64,000 bases of DNA from an uncultured Planctomycetia bacterium (GTDB lineage Bacteria; Omnitrophota; Gorgyraeia; 2-02-FULL-51-18). The stretch covers positions 18,124-82,123 of the forward strand of contig CAYODQ010000001.1 in NCBI GenBank assembly GCA_964402785.1, in the 5' to 3' direction. The position numbers and the translations under genes are program-made. The notes beneath the pieces were generated by a model. The model did no database searches. It saw only the letters and a program-made list of their open reading frames with translations, and was not told the origin of the DNA. This document shows positions 38,159-47,438 of this stretch, piece after piece (position 1 is the first letter of the stretch; each line of letters begins with the position of its first letter).

Positions 38159-38548
38159 ATGACAACGCACAGATCTCTCAATAAATTAGAATTCAAGGCT
38201 CATATGAGCATTCACGATATGGTGGATGTGAAAGAGGGCGAGACCCATGAAACCAATTACACGCGTGATCGGTTTGGGAGGACTCATCGTTTAGCCAATG
38301 AAGATGGGTCTAAGCGAATACAGATCTTGCGCCACATGGTATTGGCGGGATTTTTCGTGTCATCACTATTGGCGGGTTCATTTGCGACGGCAAGCCCCAA
38401 CACTAAGGTTTCGAGTGACGATATGTCGAGTTTTTGGGGAATCGGTTTCAATGAAGAAAAAGAAGAGCCGTTCAATTTTTTAAAAAACGGGGACACCGCC
38501 TTGGGCTTCAATGAAGATGGTGACCCTAGTTTGAGCACTCGGTTTTAG
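38159..38548 (+). CDS. Hypothetical protein (possibly a shorter secreted peptide starting at ATG38336)
   Basis: ORF only; weak RBS; internal signal-peptide-like MVLAGFFVSSLLAGSFATA. Confidence 0.3.
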   Translation: MTTHRSLNKLEFKAHMSIHDMVDVKEGETHETNYTRDRFGRTHRLANEDGSKRIQILRHMVLAGFFVSSLLAGSFATASPNTKVSSDDMSSFWGIGFNEEKEEPFNFLKNGDTALGFNEDGDPSLSTRF

Positions 38549-38554
38549 AGAGGC

Positions 38555-39415
38555 ATGATAAAAAAGAAGTCTCGGTTTCGGATCCTTCCGATTTTTGCAG
38601 TATTGGTGTCTCTTATATTTGCCCATCCGTGCGCTGAAGCTAGAACGCGCTCTAAATCAAGATCCAAATCAGTCAAACCTTATTTAACAGCCAAGTCTTA
38701 TGCGGTTGTGGATGTTGATGATGGGCGGATATTGCATTCCAGGCTTCCGCATTTGAAGCTGCCTCCAGCATCGACCACCAAAGTAATGACAGCGCTTCTT
38801 GTGTTGGAGTATTTGCCGCTAGAGATGCCGGTTGTGGTGAGTAAGCGCGCTGCCAATGCTGCTCCCAGCAAAGCTGGGCTCAAAGCAGGTGTCAAATATA
38901 CGGTCAAGGATCTACTCAGAGCGACCGTTGTATCTTCTTCAAATGACGCAGCGGTCGCTCTCGCTGAGACGGTGGCCGGATCTGAGAGCGAGTTTGTCAA
39001 CCTGATGAACAAAAAAGCACGCCAGCTCGGTATGATGGAGACGAAATTTGTGAATGCTACAGGGCTGCCCATAAAAAATCAAAAACAATACACCACAGCC
39101 TATGACCTGACGCGGCTTATGAGAGTCGCTATTAAAGATAAGCGCGTGGATGAGATGATGGCTATTGTGAATACCAGCATCACGGGGAGTGACGGCGTGG
39201 TGCTGCCGCTCAAAGCGCATAATAAAATGCTCTGGAAAAAGCCCAAATGGGTCAAAGGCAAAACAGGTTGGACGCAGGCTTCGCGACACACATTTGTGGG
39301 CACCAATTACGAAAGAAACAAATCGATCGCGTTTGCCATGTTGTCTTCTCAAAAACCTTGGACGGATATCGAGCGGTTGGCTTCTTTCGGAATTATCCTT
39401 GAGCGCAGACGGTAA
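38555..39415 (+). CDS. Low-molecular-weight penicillin-binding protein, D-alanyl-D-alanine carboxypeptidase/endopeptidase (S11)
   Basis: Signal peptide; SxxK (ASTTK), SxN (SSND), KTG (KGKTGWT) motifs. Confidence 0.88.
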   Translation: MIKKKSRFRILPIFAVLVSLIFAHPCAEARTRSKSRSKSVKPYLTAKSYAVVDVDDGRILHSRLPHLKLPPASTTKVMTALLVLEYLPLEMPVVVSKRAANAAPSKAGLKAGVKYTVKDLLRATVVSSSNDAAVALAETVAGSESEFVNLMNKKARQLGMMETKFVNATGLPIKNQKQYTTAYDLTRLMRVAIKDKRVDEMMAIVNTSITGSDGVVLPLKAHNKMLWKKPKWVKGKTGWTQASRHTFVGTNYERNKSIAFAMLSSQKPWTDIERLASFGIILERRR

Positions 39416-40676
39416 TTCGCGTATAGCCGTCGTTGGTGCAGGAGCGGCTGGTTTGATGGCGGCCATTTCAGCAGGCATGGAGAGAGAGGGTCGGTATCAG
39501 GGTAATTTAAATCCCACCATTTTTTTACTGGATAGCCGAAAAAAGATCGGCGCCAAGATCCTTGTCTCAGGCGGTACCCGCTGCAATGTCACCAACACCA
39601 AAGTTTCTGAGTTGGATTATCAGACAAGCTCGCGCCGCTTTGTGAAGCAGGTGCTGCAGTCGTTCACATCCGAGCGAACGATCTCATTTTTTGAGTCCAT
39701 AGGTGTTGATCTGGTGCTTGAGCCCACTGGCAAATACTTTCCAACGACACATTCGGGGCGCACCGTATTGGATGCGCTTGTGAATGAGACGGAACGCCTC
39801 AAAATCCATCGCCGCTATGGGTGCAAGGTGATCGCTATTCAAAAAAAAGCCAAACATTTTGAGCTGAAATTAAGTACAGATGCGGGTGAAGAAGTCTTGT
39901 TGGTTGACAGAGTGATCCTGGCGACAGGGGGCTTATCTTATCCAGAGACCGGGAGTGATGGCACAGGTTTAAAGATAGCAGCCGCGTTGGGACACAAGAT
40001 CCTGCCCACGAGCCCTGCTTTGACTCCTTTTACGACGATGGACAAGGATTGGCCATCTTTGAGTGGAGTGGCTTTTCCGGTCAAATTAACTTGCTTTTGG
40101 GATGGACGATCGGCAGCTGAGTTCAAAGGCGCCATGCTTTTTACTCACACAGGTTTTAGCGGGCCAGTGGCTTTGGATATCAGCCGATTTTTTACAAATC
40201 CCCCAAAAGGTATCAAGCCAACCATTCGGGCTAGTTTTCTGCCGGATGAGAATGATGATTCGCTAAGACAAGCATTCATGGAAACGCCTCAAAAAAATCT
40301 TACACTCCTTAAATTTATCAGCAAACGATGGGATTTGCCTGAACGATGGGTGACGGTATTTCTTAAAAAAACAAAGATCCGGCCCGATGTATCGTTGGGC
40401 CAATTGACGATCAAAATGCGCACGGAACTTATACAGAAATTGTTGCATTATCCTCTTGAGGTGTCCGGTGTCATTGGTTATAAAAAAGCCGAGGTGACGG
40501 CGGGAGGGGTGGATCTAAACGAGATAGATCCTAAGACCATGCAATCCAAAAAAGTGCCTGGTCTTTATATGTGCGGAGAGGTTTTGGATGTGGATGGACG
40601 TATCGGGGGTTTTAATTTTCAATGGGGCTGGTCCAGCGGGCGCTTGGCGGGCATGTCTGCGGTGAGGTCTTTATGA
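39399..40676 (+). CDS. HI0933/BaiN-family FAD-dependent flavoprotein (aminoacetone oxidase family); TTG39399 start proposed
   Basis: RIAVVGAGAAGLMAA dinucleotide-binding motif at N-terminus; KILVSGGTRCNVTN; listed ORF start 39189 lies inside the PBP gene. Confidence 0.82.
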   Translation: MSADGNSRIAVVGAGAAGLMAAISAGMEREGRYQGNLNPTIFLLDSRKKIGAKILVSGGTRCNVTNTKVSELDYQTSSRRFVKQVLQSFTSERTISFFESIGVDLVLEPTGKYFPTTHSGRTVLDALVNETERLKIHRRYGCKVIAIQKKAKHFELKLSTDAGEEVLLVDRVILATGGLSYPETGSDGTGLKIAAALGHKILPTSPALTPFTTMDKDWPSLSGVAFPVKLTCFWDGRSAAEFKGAMLFTHTGFSGPVALDISRFFTNPPKGIKPTIRASFLPDENDDSLRQAFMETPQKNLTLLKFISKRWDLPERWVTVFLKKTKIRPDVSLGQLTIKMRTELIQKLLHYPLEVSGVIGYKKAEVTAGGVDLNEIDPKTMQSKKVPGLYMCGEVLDVDGRIGGFNFQWGWSSGRLAGMSAVRSL

Positions 40677-41242
40677 TCTTGTATCTTGCATCCACATCTC
40701 CTCGCAGGATTTTTTTGCTCAAACAAGCGGGATTTAAGGTTCAAAAAATAAAACCCGTCTACACCGAGGTGGATCACAAACATTTATCCACACAAGAGCT
40801 GATCAAAAAGCACGCACTGGGCAAAGCGTTGTCGGCTGCTCATCAGGTCAAAGAGGGTATCCTGGTTTCTGCGGATACGCTGGTGGTTTTTCAGGCTCGC
40901 CGCATTGGGAAACCCAAAAATATAAAAGATGCTTATCGCATCCTATCCATGCTTCAGGGCCGCACGCATGTTGTGTGGACGGGTGTAGCGGTGCTGAAGA
41001 TCTTGGGAGGCAATATCCAGGCGCAAAAATATTTTGTGGTAAAAACTAAAGTTAGTTTAAAGCCCGTCGGAAGAAGTCAGATGAAAGCCTATTTTAAACG
41101 TATCAACCCGCTCGATAAGGCGGGCGCCTACGCGATCCAGGCCCAAAAAAATAGTATCGTTTCTAAGGTGATTGGCTCATACACCAATGCGGTGGGTTTG
41201 CCGATGGAGAAATTGAAAAAAGTGCTGGATATGCTAGAATGA
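40673..41242 (+). CDS. maf: Maf-like nucleoside triphosphate pyrophosphatase
   Basis: MILYLASTSPRR; ATGA overlap with upstream gene. Confidence 0.9.
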   Translation: MILYLASTSPRRIFLLKQAGFKVQKIKPVYTEVDHKHLSTQELIKKHALGKALSAAHQVKEGILVSADTLVVFQARRIGKPKNIKDAYRILSMLQGRTHVVWTGVAVLKILGGNIQAQKYFVVKTKVSLKPVGRSQMKAYFKRINPLDKAGAYAIQAQKNSIVSKVIGSYTNAVGLPMEKLKKVLDMLE

Positions 41243-41261
41243 GTTTTTGCTAGAGGAGATT

Positions 41262-41738
41262 ATGTCCGACGAAAGAATTCCGATGTCCCATGAGGGGCAT
41301 GCCAAGATGTTAAAAGAGCTCGAGTATCTCAAGACGGTCAAGCGTCGCGAGATAGCCGAGGATATCGCACGTGCCCGCGCGTTTGGCGATCTCAAAGAAA
41401 ATGCCGAATACGACGCCGCCAAGAACAATCAGGCATTCAACGAAAAGCGTATCTCCGAATACGAAGATAAGCTTTCCCGTATCCAGCTTTTTGATGAGTC
41501 CAAACTCCCCAAAGACCAGGTTGTGGTGGGGGCGCACGTTCTTCTGAAGGATCTAAAAACCCAAGATGAGTTCACCTATATCATGGTCACTCATGATGAG
41601 GCCAATTTTGATGAAGGTAAGATCTCGATCTCTTCGCCGATTGCCAAAGGTTTGCTGGGTAAGAAGGTGGGGGAGTTTGCTGAGATCAAGATCCCTGCAG
41701 GGATCCTAAAATACAAGATCCTTAAAATTTCACGCTGA
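41262..41738 (+). CDS. greA: Transcription elongation factor GreA
   Basis: REIAEDIARARAFGDLKENAEYDAAK coiled-coil finger; FKBP-like C-domain. Confidence 0.95.
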   Translation: MSDERIPMSHEGHAKMLKELEYLKTVKRREIAEDIARARAFGDLKENAEYDAAKNNQAFNEKRISEYEDKLSRIQLFDESKLPKDQVVVGAHVLLKDLKTQDEFTYIMVTHDEANFDEGKISISSPIAKGLLGKKVGEFAEIKIPAGILKYKILKISR

Positions 41739-42710
41739 AGGCCGGTAAGCTCCGAAGTCCTCTATAATTTTTCGCATCTCGTCCGCTTTTTTGCACACAT
41801 TGATCTTGCCGCGAAATTCGTTGGCGCCGGGTACGTTCTTAAAATACCAGCAGGCGATGCGCCGCATGTGCAGTACAGCGGTATACTCGTCGCGATAGGC
41901 CAGCTCCAAATCGAAATGCCTGAGAAGTACTTTCTTTTTTTCTTCGATGGAAGGCGCTTCGTATTGCGATCCTCCCTTTAAAGCGCTGGCCACTTCTTTG
42001 AAGATCCATGGATTGCCTAATCCACCTCGGCCAACCATAACGCCGTCCACACCGGCAATTTCTTTCATGCGAAGCGCATCTTGTGCGGAGTTGATATCGC
42101 CGTTGCCAAACACGGGGATCTTCACGGCATTTTTCACTCGGCGGATAGAATCATAATTGGCTTGCCCGGAATAACCTTGCTCACGCGTGCGGCCATGCAC
42201 GGTGACGGCATCAAGACCGCAGTCTTCTGCGATCTTAGCGATCTGCGCGGCTTCTTCACCGGAGTTATCTTTGATGCCGAGGCGCATTTTCACGGTCACC
42301 GGGATCGTTTTAACCGCATTTCGAATGGCTGTAAAGATCTCTCGTGATTGTTGTGGCCGGCTCAGCATGGCAGAGCCCGCACCGAGACCAAATATTTTGG
42401 GGACGGGGCATCCAAAATTGATATCAATGAGATCATATCCCATATCCTCGATCATGCGAGCCGCTTCACCCATCGCTTCCGGGCGGCAGCCGACGATCTG
42501 CGCACCTAGCGGCTTATCCTTGACCGTGGTTTTCATGATCTCATGCGTATTGTCATTGCCGCGCACCAAAGCCTCCGCCGAGACCATCTCAAGGAAACAA
42601 AACTCCATCCCATACTCTCTCGAGAGCAGCCGATAAGCCAGATCCGTACACCCCGCCATCGGAGACTGGATAACAGCATCGTTGAGCACCAAAGACTTAA
42701 GCTTTACCAT
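41730..42710 (-). CDS. dus: tRNA-dihydrouridine synthase
   Basis: SPMAGCTDLAYR FMN-binding/catalytic Cys motif; start trimmed to ATG at 42710. Confidence 0.9.
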   Translation of the reverse strand: MVKLKSLVLNDAVIQSPMAGCTDLAYRLLSREYGMEFCFLEMVSAEALVRGNDNTHEIMKTTVKDKPLGAQIVGCRPEAMGEAARMIEDMGYDLIDINFGCPVPKIFGLGAGSAMLSRPQQSREIFTAIRNAVKTIPVTVKMRLGIKDNSGEEAAQIAKIAEDCGLDAVTVHGRTREQGYSGQANYDSIRRVKNAVKIPVFGNGDINSAQDALRMKEIAGVDGVMVGRGGLGNPWIFKEVASALKGGSQYEAPSIEEKKKVLLRHFDLELAYRDEYTAVLHMRRIACWYFKNVPGANEFRGKINVCKKADEMRKIIEDFGAYRPSA

Positions 42711-42966
42711 GGCCGTATTGTAACACGGTAATGGTTCAAATGCCGGAAACCACCCTCTCCAGGACCGTCTGATTTCTCCCACCGAGAGAAATCAGACTCG
42801 GAAATCTCCTCGCTCGTCTTTCTGTATAAATAGCTAAAAAAGAATGCAAAACCTAGAGGTGACACCTGGCCGCTCGTCGATTTAACGTCCCTCCGAGGGC
42901 GCTTTCCGGCATTTGAGCCATCCAGAAAAAATATTCCAAGTTCCTGCCAAATACTGGAGTTCCGAT

Positions 42967-42995
42967 TTGGCTAGTTTGCAGAAGAAGAGTAAAAT
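42967..42995 (+). promoter_or_regulatory. Sigma70 promoter TTGGCT-17 nt-TAAAAT, -10 ends 6 nt before ATG43002 (leaderless or near-leaderless transcript)
   Basis: Hexamers and spacing read from sequence. Confidence 0.5.
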
Positions 42996-43001
42996 AGAAC
43001 G

Positions 43002-43574
43002 ATGCTCATTAGCTATCCTGATAAGGTTATGTACTATAGCGGACACCCATTGATGCCGAGACTGGAGGAGGGGAGGTTGCGCCCTATCGGAGCCGAGCTA
43101 GTTTTTTTTAGTAAGGATATGAAGCAAAAGTTTTTTACGATACCGCTTAGCCAAATACAAAGTGTGGTTGTCGAGCAGCAGAAACTGAGCGCATCTCAAA
43201 AAAGAGGCGGTTTTTTTGGCAGCTACGCAGCACCGTCTCTTGCTTTCTTTGCGGAAGATAATATTTATGTGAGTTATTTAGATAGTTCTGATCTGCTGCA
43301 CAAAATACATTTTGCAACAAAATATGATGACGGAGCCTCGCTAAAATTAGAGATAGAGGATCGAATATCAAGATCCAGCGGTTTAAACTCATCACCTTTA
43401 GATATTGCACGAGGAAATCTTATATATGTTTTGTTGCAAAGCGCTGTAAATAGCAAGCTTCGCCCTTTGAATTCATACTATCGGTTCAATATGCCATGGG
43501 GAGCTAAAATTCTTTTAGCGCTCTCTATTGCTATTATTTTAGGCATATATTTTGTGTACGCACTTCCCAAGTAG
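43002..43574 (+). CDS. Hypothetical protein, low-GC gene, C-terminal transmembrane anchor
   Basis: 190-aa ORF; AT-rich codons (tta, ata, agt) versus ~50% GC neighbours; C-terminal AKILLALSIAIILGIYFVYAL. Confidence 0.55.
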   Translation: MLISYPDKVMYYSGHPLMPRLEEGRLRPIGAELVFFSKDMKQKFFTIPLSQIQSVVVEQQKLSASQKRGGFFGSYAAPSLAFFAEDNIYVSYLDSSDLLHKIHFATKYDDGASLKLEIEDRISRSSGLNSSPLDIARGNLIYVLLQSAVNSKLRPLNSYYRFNMPWGAKILLALSIAIILGIYFVYALPK

Positions 43575-43599
43575 GCTCGCATCGCGCCAAAACCACACA

Positions 43600-43860
43600 T
43601 GGTTATCACGTAAATCAAATCTTAGCCTCTATTTCTGTGGAAACAAGTCACGCATCTAGCCTCCATAAATAAGCACCTAAGCCGGCAAGGGGTGGCCTTC
43701 GTACGACCTCCGCGACCCCCGAGCCGCACGGAACATAGCTCTATTTTAAACATGGGCGAGGGGGCAAGAAGAGCGAGGTGCCTCGCAGGGGCACCGGAGC
43801 GTGTCGGTAGAAGGCTGCCCCTTGCCGGCTTTTACGTAAAATCATTTAGGCTAGATTCTT
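43600..43860. repeat. Structured inverted-repeat element upstream of bipA (arms CCTAAGCCGGCAAGGGGTGGCC / GGCTGCCCCTTGCCGGCTTT; flanking ACGTAAA(A)TCA..TTAGCC direct-repeat-like ends)
   Basis: Read from sequence; overlaps the spurious N-terminal extension of the bipA ORF. Confidence 0.45.
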
Positions 43861-43889
43861 GGGGAGTATATGGTATACTTCTCGGCTCT

Positions 43890-45704
43890 ATGAAAAACAT
43901 ACGTAATGTCGCTATTATCGCTCACGTTGACCATGGCAAGACGACCCTTGTGGACGCCTTGCTCAAGCAGTCCAACGTCCATCGCAATATCAATGAGATG
44001 GGCGAGTGCATCATGGACTCCATGGATCTTGAAAAGGAACGTGGTATCACGATCCGCGCCAAGAACGCCAGCGTGGAGTACAAAGGCCACAAGATAAACA
44101 TTATTGATACCCCGGGCCACGCAGACTTTGGTGGCGAGGTGGAGCGCACGCTTCGTATGGCGGATGCTGCTCTTCTGGTGGTGGATGCCAAAGACGGTCC
44201 TATGCCTCAAACCCGCTTTGTGCTTCGCAAGGCTCTCGAGCAAGGACTCAAGATCATCGTTGTGGTCAATAAGGTCGATCGCAATGACTCTCAGATCGAT
44301 GATGTCATGAATCGCACATTTGACCTTTTTTGTGAATTAAACGCCACCAGCGATCAGCTGGATTTTCCGACGGTGTTTGCGTCTGCGCTCAAAGGCACGG
44401 CGACCTTGGATATGAAACACCCCAATGACAATATTTTCCCGCTTTTAGACCTTATCATTGAAAAAGTGCCCGAGCCGCAGGGTGACGAAAAGGCACCGCT
44501 TCAGATACTGGTGCTTTCGCTGTCTCAAGACTCTTATAAAGGAAAGATGGGTATCGGAAAGCTTTCCAATGGCACGATCGAAAAGAATCAAAATGTGGCA
44601 TTGATCCGCCGAGACGGCACACAAGTGAATTCAAAAGTGATCGGTCTTTTGACCTATCGCGGTCTTGAAAGGGTCGAAGTTGAGAAGGCGGTCGCAGGCG
44701 ATATTGTGTCCGTGGCCGGTTTTCAGGAGATCGGTATTGGTGAGACCATCACGGATGCCTCCAATCCCATGCCGCTTCCGACGCTTAAAATTGACGAGCC
44801 CACCGTTCAGATGACATTTGGTGTCAATACCAGTCCTTTTGCCGGGCGTGAGGGTAAATTCGTGACGTCACGCATGATCCGCGACCGTCTATTTAAAGAG
44901 TTGGAGACCAATGTTTCTCTTCGCGTGGACGAGACCGACAGTCCCGATACTTTTTTGGTATCAGGCCGCGGCGAGTTGCACCTTTCTATTTTAATTGAAA
45001 CAATGCGCCGCGAGGGTTTTGAGTTGCAGGTGTCGCAGCCTGTTGTTATATTTCACGAAGAAAACGGCGTAAAAATGGAACCATTCGAGCTTTTGATCAT
45101 AGACGTGCCGGCCGAATATCAAGGCACGGTGCTCGAAGAGATAGGCCGCCGGCGCGGTGTCATGAAGAATATGTCCCAAACGCCGACAGGTGAATTGCAT
45201 TTGGAATATCAAATCGCCACGCGGGGCGTGATCGGTCTCAAAGGTTTGTTCATGACCAAAACGCGCGGCACGGCGATTGTCCATCATGTATTTGATGAAT
45301 ATAAACCGGCTATCGATGCGTCCTGGAATACTTTTCCTCATGGCTCGCTCGTGGCTTGTGAAACGGGCACGGCGACATCGTATTCGCTTTGCAGCTGCCA
45401 AGAGCGCGGTGATCTATTTATCAAGCCGGGCATCGAAGTGTACGACGGCATGATCATTGGCGAGAATTCTCGTGGCGAAGATCTTGAGATTAGTCCTTGC
45501 AAAACCAAAAAAATGTCCAATATGCGTTCGGTGAGCGCGGATGATGCGTTGGTTTTGACGCCTCCACGCGAGCTGACGCTTGAGCTCTCCATTGAATTCA
45601 TCGGCCCTGATGAGCTCGTCGAAGTGACTCCCAAAAATATCCGGTTGAGAAAAAGGCTTCTCGACCCACTCCAAAGAAAACGCGTCAAACGCCAAACCGC
45701 CTAA
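43890..45704 (+). CDS. typA: Translational GTPase BipA/TypA; start trimmed to ATG43890
   Basis: NVAIIAHVDHGKTTLVDALL G1, DTPGHADFGGEVER G3; EF-G-like domains. Confidence 0.95.
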   Translation: MKNIRNVAIIAHVDHGKTTLVDALLKQSNVHRNINEMGECIMDSMDLEKERGITIRAKNASVEYKGHKINIIDTPGHADFGGEVERTLRMADAALLVVDAKDGPMPQTRFVLRKALEQGLKIIVVVNKVDRNDSQIDDVMNRTFDLFCELNATSDQLDFPTVFASALKGTATLDMKHPNDNIFPLLDLIIEKVPEPQGDEKAPLQILVLSLSQDSYKGKMGIGKLSNGTIEKNQNVALIRRDGTQVNSKVIGLLTYRGLERVEVEKAVAGDIVSVAGFQEIGIGETITDASNPMPLPTLKIDEPTVQMTFGVNTSPFAGREGKFVTSRMIRDRLFKELETNVSLRVDETDSPDTFLVSGRGELHLSILIETMRREGFELQVSQPVVIFHEENGVKMEPFELLIIDVPAEYQGTVLEEIGRRRGVMKNMSQTPTGELHLEYQIATRGVIGLKGLFMTKTRGTAIVHHVFDEYKPAIDASWNTFPHGSLVACETGTATSYSLCSCQERGDLFIKPGIEVYDGMIIGENSRGEDLEISPCKTKKMSNMRSVSADDALVLTPPRELTLELSIEFIGPDELVEVTPKNIRLRKRLLDPLQRKRVKRQTA

Positions 45705-45707
45705 GCT

Positions 45708-46439
45708 GTGGAGAGGCTGCAGGTTTTCCTAGCCCGGCACGGGATCGCCAGTCGTCGCGGAGTCGTCCAAAGCATCGAGTCCGGTGATGTCAAAGTAAAC
45801 GGCCAGGTTGTCCGCGAAAAAGGTTTCCGTGTAGATCCTCTGAAGGACAAGGTCGAATATCAAGGCAAGCTTCTCTCTGCCAAAAAACCCGATTTTGTGT
45901 ATTACCTTTTTTACAAACCCCTGGGCGTCACCACAACTTTATCCGATCCTCATGCCAAAAATATGGTCTCCGATTATTTTAAGGATGTGCCGGAGCGTGT
46001 CTATCCTGTGGGCCGTCTCGATCGAGAGACGACAGGTGTGCTTCTTATGACCAACGATGGCGAGCTTTCGTTTCGGCTGGCGCATCCCAGCTACGGTATC
46101 GATAAAACATATTTTGCGCGTGTCATGGGGATCATCACGGATGATAAAAGAGATTTTTTGCAAGAAGGTGTTCAATTGGAAGAGGGGATCACAGCACCTT
46201 GCAAAGTGGAGATCCAGCAGATCTTGAAGAATGAGACCGAGATCGTCATGACACTTCACGAGGGGAAAAAACGTCAGATCAGACGGATGTTGGATTTGAT
46301 CGGCAATCCTGTTATAAAGTTAGAGAGGATACAGTACGCCAATTTGACTCTCGGGAGCCTCATGCCAGGCCAGAGGCGGGAGTTGACGGCAGATGAAGTG
46401 CGGACGCTAAAACGAATGGTTCAATTGGAGAAGACTTGA
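45708..46439 (+). CDS. rluB: Pseudouridine synthase (RsuA/RluB family) with S4 domain
   Basis: S4-like N-terminus RLQVFLARHGIASRR; catalytic VYPVGRLDRETTGVLLMTNDG. Confidence 0.88.
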   Translation: MERLQVFLARHGIASRRGVVQSIESGDVKVNGQVVREKGFRVDPLKDKVEYQGKLLSAKKPDFVYYLFYKPLGVTTTLSDPHAKNMVSDYFKDVPERVYPVGRLDRETTGVLLMTNDGELSFRLAHPSYGIDKTYFARVMGIITDDKRDFLQEGVQLEEGITAPCKVEIQQILKNETEIVMTLHEGKKRQIRRMLDLIGNPVIKLERIQYANLTLGSLMPGQRRELTADEVRTLKRMVQLEKT

Positions 46440-46681
46440 TGGACCCCGGTGTAGTTATCTACACAACCAATTATTGCCCCTATTGCCACGCCGCCAAGGA
46501 ATTCCTCAAGTCCAAAAAAGTTCCCTTTAAAGAAGTCGATGTCTCCACGGATGAAGTCATGCGTCAAAAATTAGTTGAGTTATCCGGGCAGGAGACGGTG
46601 CCTCAGATCTTCAGTGGTGGCCGCTCCATAGGAGGGTATCAGGATCTGGTGCGATATTATCAAGAGGGGCATCGGCTATGA
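46436..46681 (+). CDS. grxC: Glutaredoxin
   Basis: CPYC active site, TVPQIF, GG motif. Confidence 0.9.
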   Translation: MMDPGVVIYTTNYCPYCHAAKEFLKSKKVPFKEVDVSTDEVMRQKLVELSGQETVPQIFSGGRSIGGYQDLVRYYQEGHRL

Positions 46682-47040
46682 CGGGAGACTCTTGGGCCGA
46701 GAAAAGACGCCACAAGCGTTTCCCTAAAACTCTGATCGTTAAATGGCAACCCGAAGGCTCGGGTGCTTCCAATGCTTGGAAAACAGCTTTTTTGAAAGAT
46801 ATTAGCCGTGGTGGATTGGCTATGCAATGTGGCGAAGCAGTGACCATGGGTGATAAACTAAGATTTCAGGTGACGGTGGATCTTGAGACGCCTCCATTTA
46901 CTTGTGTGGGCCAGGTGGTGCGTGTTCGCCGGATCGCGTCGCCTGCCGGATACGATGTTGGTATATTTTTTACGGCCATCGATCCGCGGGATGCAGATTG
47001 TATTGATATGCTTGCTGAGGGCCACGACAGAAATATTTAA
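46678..47040 (+). CDS. PilZ-domain protein (single domain) 1
   Basis: RRHKR (RxxxR) and DISRGG (DxSxxG) c-di-GMP motifs. Confidence 0.8.
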   Translation: MTGDSWAEKRRHKRFPKTLIVKWQPEGSGASNAWKTAFLKDISRGGLAMQCGEAVTMGDKLRFQVTVDLETPPFTCVGQVVRVRRIASPAGYDVGIFFTAIDPRDADCIDMLAEGHDRNI

Positions 47041-47051
47041 GCAGGAGGCTT

Positions 47052-47438
47052 ATGGGTTATTTTGGTCAGGAACGAAGAAAAAATAAAAGGCTGCCTGAGC
47101 TTTTTTTTGTCAAATGGCAGCAGGATTCAAAAGAGTCTCCGAAAAATTGGACAACAGCTTATCTTAAGAATATTAGTCGCTCAGGCCTAGCTATGCAGTG
47201 TAGCCAAAAGCTTGTGGTCGGCGACAAGCTGAATCTTTTGGTCACTGTTCATGTCGAAACGGCTCCGTGCATGTGTGCGGGTCAAGTTATTTGGATACAA
47301 AAAACACCTGACAAGCTTGGCTATGAGGTTGGGGTGGCTTTTACCAGTATTGATAACAAAGATGCGGATTGGATCGATGTATTGGCGGAGGAATTTGAGC
47401 GCAGAGCTGAGCGAGAGAGAGGGGAGACTGCTACTTGA
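47052..47438 (+). CDS. PilZ-domain protein 2
   Basis: RRKNKR and NISRSG motifs; paralogue of 46678-47040. Confidence 0.8.
   Translation: MGYFGQERRKNKRLPELFFVKWQQDSKESPKNWTTAYLKNISRSGLAMQCSQKLVVGDKLNLLVTVHVETAPCMCAGQVIWIQKTPDKLGYEVGVAFTSIDNKDADWIDVLAEEFERRAERERGETAT

Noticed and set aside
43692-43889. 66-codon N-terminal extension of the bipA ORF
   Set aside because: Arg/Pro-rich translation of a structured GC-rich inverted-repeat region. The conserved BipA N-terminus (MKNIRNVAIIAHVDHGKTT) begins at ATG43890.
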